IMG/VR virus record: IMGVR_UViG_3300036851_000400
Span: 4,028 to 68,027 of that record
Length of the DNA: 64,000 bases
Strand: one strand, 5' to 3'
From: a virus
Made by a program: the position numbers and the translations under genes. The notes beneath the pieces are model-generated. The model saw only the letters and a list, made by a program, of their open reading frames with translations, made no database searches and was not told where the DNA came from. Shown here piece by piece: positions 59,736-64,000 of this stretch; position 1 is the first letter of the stretch, and every line of letters begins with the position of its first letter.

Positions 59736-60243
59736 GGCCCTGATAATAGCGCAAGGTGAGGCGGCATGCTCAGGCCGGCATGAGCGAACCTAAAAGCTCT
59801 GCCCGACTGGAGAGAGGGGTAGATTTCTAGCGTGGCGCGTTCAACTTCCAACCGGGGGTGGCTTCAATCCCGAGCTCTGCAACTCCAAGCGCCGTTAGCA
59901 GACCGCAGATTCAGCGGGAGGACGGTGGATAGAGGGCAACCCTTTCGCATAGCAACGTGTTGGCGCCAAGAGCAGCGCGCCGGCGAAGAGTTGTCGCGGC
60001 CGCAAGTCCACTCGAATCAGCAGCTTACGACGGCGCGCAGCCCTGCCTTTCAGGTTGACATAATGCCTATTATCCGCCGCTATGCACATTTCGACTTTTC
60101 TAGAAGGGTCGTAGCGACAGGCTCGGGATGGGCGGTCGGAGGCGAAGCTGCATAACTTTTTCCAGAGCAGCTCTCCTGCTTCACGGCTGCCGGGGCTCCC
60201 GAGGTGGCGGGCTGCGCGCCGGGACTTCCTCGGCGTAAAGTGC

Positions 60244-60495
60244 TTATCTCGTCTCTGTGGTGGGTTCCCCGCTCCCTCGCGGGTTGCGGCCCCAGGATAC
60301 ACCCGGTGTCAAGGTCCGTCCACCGCCGGGCAGCACCCACTCCACCGGCGGCAACCGATCCCTGTGCCGGTGAAACTCGATGAGCGCGTCCATGACGGGT
60401 AGGGAGCCGAGGTCGATGATGGGCCGGATCAGGAAGCAGGCGGGCACCACAAAGGCGGCGCCGGGGGCATGTAGCTCGTTCGCGTAGTGGATCAT
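60244..60495 (-). CDS. Hypothetical protein
   Basis: ATGA overlap; WVLPGGGRT. Confidence 0.45.
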   Translation of the reverse strand: MIHYANELHAPGAAFVVPACFLIRPIIDLGSLPVMDALIEFHRHRDRLPPVEWVLPGGGRTLTPGVSWGRNPRGSGEPTTETR

Positions 60496-60893
60496 CGCTT
60501 CCTTCCTTCCCGCTTCATCCGAGCACGGACGGCGCGGAGGGTAGGCAGGTCTGCGGTCTGCTCGACCATCGCGCACTCTGGCCAGGTCGCCAGCGTGGCG
60601 TCCAGGAGCCGCAGCAGCGCGGCGCGCTCCTTGGCTGAGAGGCTGAGGGAGTAGCCGATCACCCCACCCCTTCGCTTGGCTGGCTCGACAACCCTCCAGG
60701 CCATCGGCACCCCTTCGACGCGCGCGAGGTCGCCGCGGGTCTCGAGGCCTTCCAGGAGGGAGCAGGCGCGGTTGAAGCCGATGCGGTACTGGCGCATGAG
60801 GTCGGAGGGAGCGACGGGGCGACCGAGCTGGATACAGAACCGCCGCACGTCCACCTCAACCGCCGCTGTATGACTTCCAGCTTCAGCATCCAT
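60492..60893 (-). CDS. Small protein with FtsK-gamma-like winged helix
   Basis: PSDLMRQYRIGFNRACSLLEGLETRG. Confidence 0.55.
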   Translation of the reverse strand: MDAEAGSHTAAVEVDVRRFCIQLGRPVAPSDLMRQYRIGFNRACSLLEGLETRGDLARVEGVPMAWRVVEPAKRRGGVIGYSLSLSAKERAALLRLLDATLATWPECAMVEQTADLPTLRAVRARMKREGRKR

Positions 60894-60998
60894 CGGGCGC
60901 CTCGCGGTACAGCTTGAGGGCGCCCGTTTTTCGGATCGCCTCACGCAGCAGCTCTCTAACCGGCGCGTCTTCTGGGAGCTTCAGATACACATCGACTT

Positions 60999-61211
60999 TC
61001 ACCCGCGCCCTCCTTCCGGCCGCAGGGCTTCCGCTCTCTTCCGGCGAAGAACCCGGCGAGCCTCGCGGACGAGGACCGCTCGAACCCATGCCGAGAGCAC
61101 CCGCTCGCCGCATTCCTCTTTCCCCTCTTGCTGGGCAGATGCGGCGGCCGCTGCCTTCATCGTTTCGTAATCCTCGTCGGAGATGCGGAAGTGGCGGACC
61201 TTGGTAGGCAC
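60999..61211 (-). CDS. Ribbon-helix-helix repressor-like protein (leaderless)
   Basis: MPTKVRHFRISDEDYETMKAAAA...LSAWVRAVL; TGcTATCGT -10 box 6 nt upstream of GTG. Confidence 0.65.
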   Translation of the reverse strand: MPTKVRHFRISDEDYETMKAAAAASAQQEGKEECGERVLSAWVRAVLVREARRVLRRKRAEALRPEGGRG

Positions 61212-61232
61212 ACGAAGACGATAGCACGAGTC

Positions 61233-61350
61233 TGTACCCACATGCAAGCATCGTCTAAGTGCCGTGTTTGTGGGTACATGCACGCGGTTGCGCAGTTTGT
61301 GAGCAGGGCACCTGTTGTACCCACAGTTCGGCTGGCGTACTGTACCCACA
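61233..61350. promoter_or_regulatory. Operator array TGTACCCACA x4 between divergent genes
   Basis: Copies at 61233, 61269 (inverted), 61316 and 61341. Confidence 0.75.
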
Positions 61351-61386
61351 GACGACGGAACCGGGCGCACCGCCCAGGAGGATGCC

Positions 61387-61761
61387 ATGACCGAGAACTT
61401 CGATGTCCGCCGCTCCTTGAAGCACGCCGCGCTGCTACTCGCCCTGGAAGGCCTGGCGCTCGCCGGCATGAGCGCGGCGCACGCAGCCGACAAGGCTCCC
61501 CGCCACGTGACCAAGCCCGTCTCTACCATCACGGTCAAGGTTGTCGGCGCTGAGGACTACCAGCGCAAAGCGAAGGGCGCCGATCCGACCCGCACCGCAG
61601 ACGGCAGGCCGGCGCAGTGGATCCTTACCACCCTCGACGCTGACTCGTGCGTCGCCTGGGTGTCGAAGGCAGCCAAGCCCAACGTCGCCACGGTGCAACT
61701 CGATGCGTTCGTGGCGTGTCAGGTGGCGATCGGGCGGGCCGGGAAAGGCGGTGCCAAGTGA
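61387..61761 (+). CDS. Hypothetical exported protein
   Basis: AGGAGG RBS; signal-peptide-like ...AAHA. Confidence 0.6.
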   Translation: MTENFDVRRSLKHAALLLALEGLALAGMSAAHAADKAPRHVTKPVSTITVKVVGAEDYQRKAKGADPTRTADGRPAQWILTTLDADSCVAWVSKAAKPNVATVQLDAFVACQVAIGRAGKGGAK

Positions 61762-62057
61762 GTGCCGCGCTGAAGACGATTCCGAAGGATGCGCGCCTCG
61801 TCGAGCTGGTGGCCGGAACGATCAACGCGCCGGGCGAGCCAAACCACGGCGCGCCGGCCTCCTTCGAGGTGCGCGAGGCATACTGCGCCGGCACTATCAC
61901 CCGCTGGCTTATCATCCGCGTCGCACCAAGCGGGAAGCCTGAGCGGTTTGGTTGGGCAAAGCGGTCTTACTGGTGCAAGCGCGCCACCGGCCGCAACATC
62001 GCCAAGCTCAACGCTCAACTCCCGGAACTCCGAGCCTTGATTCAGGCTCCCGCCTGA
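61758..62057 (+). CDS. Hypothetical protein
   Basis: GTGA overlap. Confidence 0.5.
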   Translation: MSAALKTIPKDARLVELVAGTINAPGEPNHGAPASFEVREAYCAGTITRWLIIRVAPSGKPERFGWAKRSYWCKRATGRNIAKLNAQLPELRALIQAPA

Positions 62058-62135
62058 GCTTTCACGGCGACGGCATCTCCCCCGAGGTGCCGCCCCGCGA
62101 GCGCTCATGCTCGACCTCAGCTCTGGAGGGTTACG

Positions 62136-62387
62136 ATGACGACTCAAGAACAGCGCGAAACGATCCGCGGCATGATGGAAGATTGGGACCGGCTCAGCAC
62201 GGCGGCTCTGCGGCAGCTCGGCGCCAAGGCCGAAGAAGAGCGCCGGTTCGGGACCGCCGCGGTGCTTTTCGAGGAAGCCGCCCGCCGCTATCCCATCGCG
62301 GCCGGGGAACTCGCGAAGCGCGACATCGCTGCCCTGAAGCAACGCGCAGAGGACTGCCGCCGAGGTGCGAGCACCATCATCAAGTAA
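62136..62387 (+). CDS. Hypothetical helical protein
   Basis: GGAGG RBS. Confidence 0.6.
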   Translation: MTTQEQRETIRGMMEDWDRLSTAALRQLGAKAEEERRFGTAAVLFEEAARRYPIAAGELAKRDIAALKQRAEDCRRGASTIIK

Positions 62388-62396
62388 ACTGGTGCT

Positions 62397-62450
62397 GGTG
62401 AGGGCAGGGCTGCAGCCCTGTAAACCACACGCCCCGTCCCAAGTCGGGGC
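62397..62450 (+). ncRNA. Twister ribozyme-like motif 1 (permuted, P1 closed by a hairpin)
   Basis: GGT-GAGGG-CAGGGC/GCCCTG(P1)-TAA-ACC(P2)-AC-..-GCCCCG-TCCCAAGT-CGGGGC(P4); pseudoknots GGG:CCC and AC:GT. Confidence 0.8.
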
Positions 62451-62470
62451 AAACCTAGGAGGAACGGCAC

Positions 62471-63046
62471 ATGAACGCCAAAACTCTCCGTCCTGGACTT
62501 ATCGCTGTCCGCGTCGGCTCGCGATGGGCCGCCGTCGTGGACTACACCGCGCTCGCCATCGAGGCGGATCGCCTGCCGGGTTCGGTTGGGCACCGAACTG
62601 GCTGCTGGTGCTCTGATCGAGCGGGCGGCTGGGGCACCGGCCGCGCCCCGGAGCGCGCCGTCCAGGAATGCGCGAACCCTGTGACCTATGCGAGCATCCG
62701 GGAGCTGTTGGTGGAGATGGGGGCACCACAGCCCACCGTCTATACCGTCATCGTCAAGGATGGAGAGGTCGTGGACCGGGATCTGCATCCGATCGCCCCC
62801 TCGATCCGCAGGAGTTGCGGCCACAACCACCGGACCCGCGAAGCGGCCGAGCGCTGCCAGCAGCACCTTCGCAACCGGCATCGCGAGGCTACCGGGTCCT
62901 GGATCGAGTCGGCCGTCTGGTACAACAGCCAGATCCATGAGCATGCTGGAGACAGCATGGACTACCTCCCGCAGCCGCATTGGTCAGAGTGGGCCGAAGC
63001 TGAAAAGGCGGCCATCGACGCCGCGCTGGCCGAACCAGAACGATAG
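62471..63046 (+). CDS. Hypothetical protein flanked by the twister motifs
   Basis: AGGAGG RBS; CGHNHRTREAAERC motif. Confidence 0.7.
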   Translation: MNAKTLRPGLIAVRVGSRWAAVVDYTALAIEADRLPGSVGHRTGCWCSDRAGGWGTGRAPERAVQECANPVTYASIRELLVEMGAPQPTVYTVIVKDGEVVDRDLHPIAPSIRRSCGHNHRTREAAERCQQHLRNRHREATGSWIESAVWYNSQIHEHAGDSMDYLPQPHWSEWAEAEKAAIDAALAEPER

Positions 63047-63106
63047 GGTGAGGGGCGGCGCGCTTCAGCGCCGCTAAACCACAAGGGCGGTCCCAAGTCC
63101 GGCCCT
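63047..63106 (+). ncRNA. Twister ribozyme-like motif 2
   Basis: GGT-GAGGG-GCGGCGC/GCGCCGC(P1)-TAA-ACC-AC-A-AGGGCGG-TCCCAAGT-CC(G)GCCCT(P4); core identical to motif 1, stems covary. Confidence 0.8.
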
Positions 63107-63146
63107 CCAGAAGGCGCTCGAGCCCCTAGCCATTGTAAATCCGGCC

Positions 63147-63422
63147 CTACTCGGGAATTCGGATGTCGGTTACACGGCCCCACCCCGAGGCCAAGCTTGA
63201 GCTGATGTACAGCTTCGTTTCTCCAGTCGCCGTGTCCAATAGAAAGACCCCTACCTGTTGCTCCCTGCTCGCGACCTTCCGGTCGGCTGTGAAGACATGG
63301 TGGTAGTAGGTCCCCTGGAATAGCTGAAAACGGCCCACGGGCAAGCTGTTTTCGCCAGCGCCGAGGAGAAACAAGAGCGAGAACGCTACGAGAATGCTTA
63401 GCCAGAAGTGGCGGCGGCGCAC
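63147..63422 (-). CDS. Hypothetical exported protein
   Basis: Signal-like N-terminus; GRFQLF...VFLLDTATGET. Confidence 0.6.
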   Translation of the reverse strand: MRRRHFWLSILVAFSLLFLLGAGENSLPVGRFQLFQGTYYHHVFTADRKVASREQQVGVFLLDTATGETKLYISSSLASGWGRVTDIRIPE

Positions 63423-63443
63423 GGAGCCTCCTCTAGGTCGGCG

Positions 63444-64000
63444 CTAGCGAACCAATCCTGGGCGAAACGCAGAAGTGATCTGGATCATCCGCACTACTTG
63501 CCCCACCGTGAAGTGATTCCAACACTTATCCTCCGCATAGTTCATAAAGTTGAAGGTGTCATCCCTCCCAGGCTCTGGGCAAGTATCGAAGCTATCGCAG
63601 GAGTAAGTGGGGCTATCCTGCGGGGGCGTGTCATCAACCTCGTCCCCGCCGGCACAGCCTCCGTTGAAGGTGTGCCATAGACCAAGGTAGTGGCCGACCT
63701 CGTGAACCGCTGTCAAGCCGTAATAGCTATAGCGCTCGTCACCCAATCCGTGGGGAAGTGCTCCCGGGTGCAGAAGCACGCTCTGCCGCTTGTCGTTAGC
63801 GGGAAACGGGAAGCCGGGCAGGCTTCCGTATCCAAGCCGATCAGTCTGACAGACATAGATATTCAGGTAGTAGCGCGGGTCCAAAGCCAACTTCTTGGTC
63901 ATAGCTGTGTGATTGGCGGTGAAGAAACGACAATCCTGAAACCACTTCTTGTTGTTCACTCGCCGGAACTTGGTTAGCCTGAACTGGAACGGCGTTCCCG
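63444..64000 (-). CDS. Partial (3' part) M43 pappalysin/ulilysin-like zinc metalloprotease
   Basis: HEVGHYLGLWHTF zinc motif, GDEVDDTP, NFMNY Met-turn. Confidence 0.88.
   Translation of the reverse strand, partial: GTPFQFRLTKFRRVNNKKWFQDCRFFTANHTAMTKKLALDPRYYLNIYVCQTDRLGYGSLPGFPFPANDKRQSVLLHPGALPHGLGDERYSYYGLTAVHEVGHYLGLWHTFNGGCAGGDEVDDTPPQDSPTYSCDSFDTCPEPGRDDTFNFMNYAEDKCWNHFTVGQVVRMIQITSAFRPGLVR

Noticed and set aside
1-64000. Reverse transcriptase, DGR or retron, and further twister copies
   Set aside because: No YxDD RT ORF or TR/VR pair seen; the other TCCCAAG matches I noticed (e.g. near 1771, 23359, 34285, 58846) lack the GAGGG/TAA core

Overview
Almost the whole window is the genome of a high-GC temperate tailed phage, probably short-tailed (podovirus-like): it has ejection-type proteins, a nozzle and a tailspike, but no tape measure. 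The order is: recombination/replication genes on + (partial YqaJ-like nuclease, RecT, RusA, initiator with internal iterons); accessory genes with three HNH genes and a DNA adenine methyltransferase; Xis, an intact attP-like site (3' half of tRNA-Glu with arm repeats) and a tyrosine integrase; a - strand lysis and virion cluster (portal to endolysin); a divergent + strand packaging cluster (tandem GroES-like protein, AAA ATPase, TerL, nozzle); and an RHH-repressor switch with early genes. A partial M43 metalloprotease (host gene or moron) ends the window. Three things stand out. (1) Two permuted twister-ribozyme-like motifs bracket one ORF (62397-63106) and are predicted to excise, and perhaps circularise, its mRNA. 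(2) The methyltransferase intein carries a complete GIY-YIG endonuclease gene, with its own RBS, in the +1 frame while the intein frame stays open. (3) An HNH insertion has duplicated and recoded the 5' end of its target gene. All calls come from reading motifs by eye; no searches were run.
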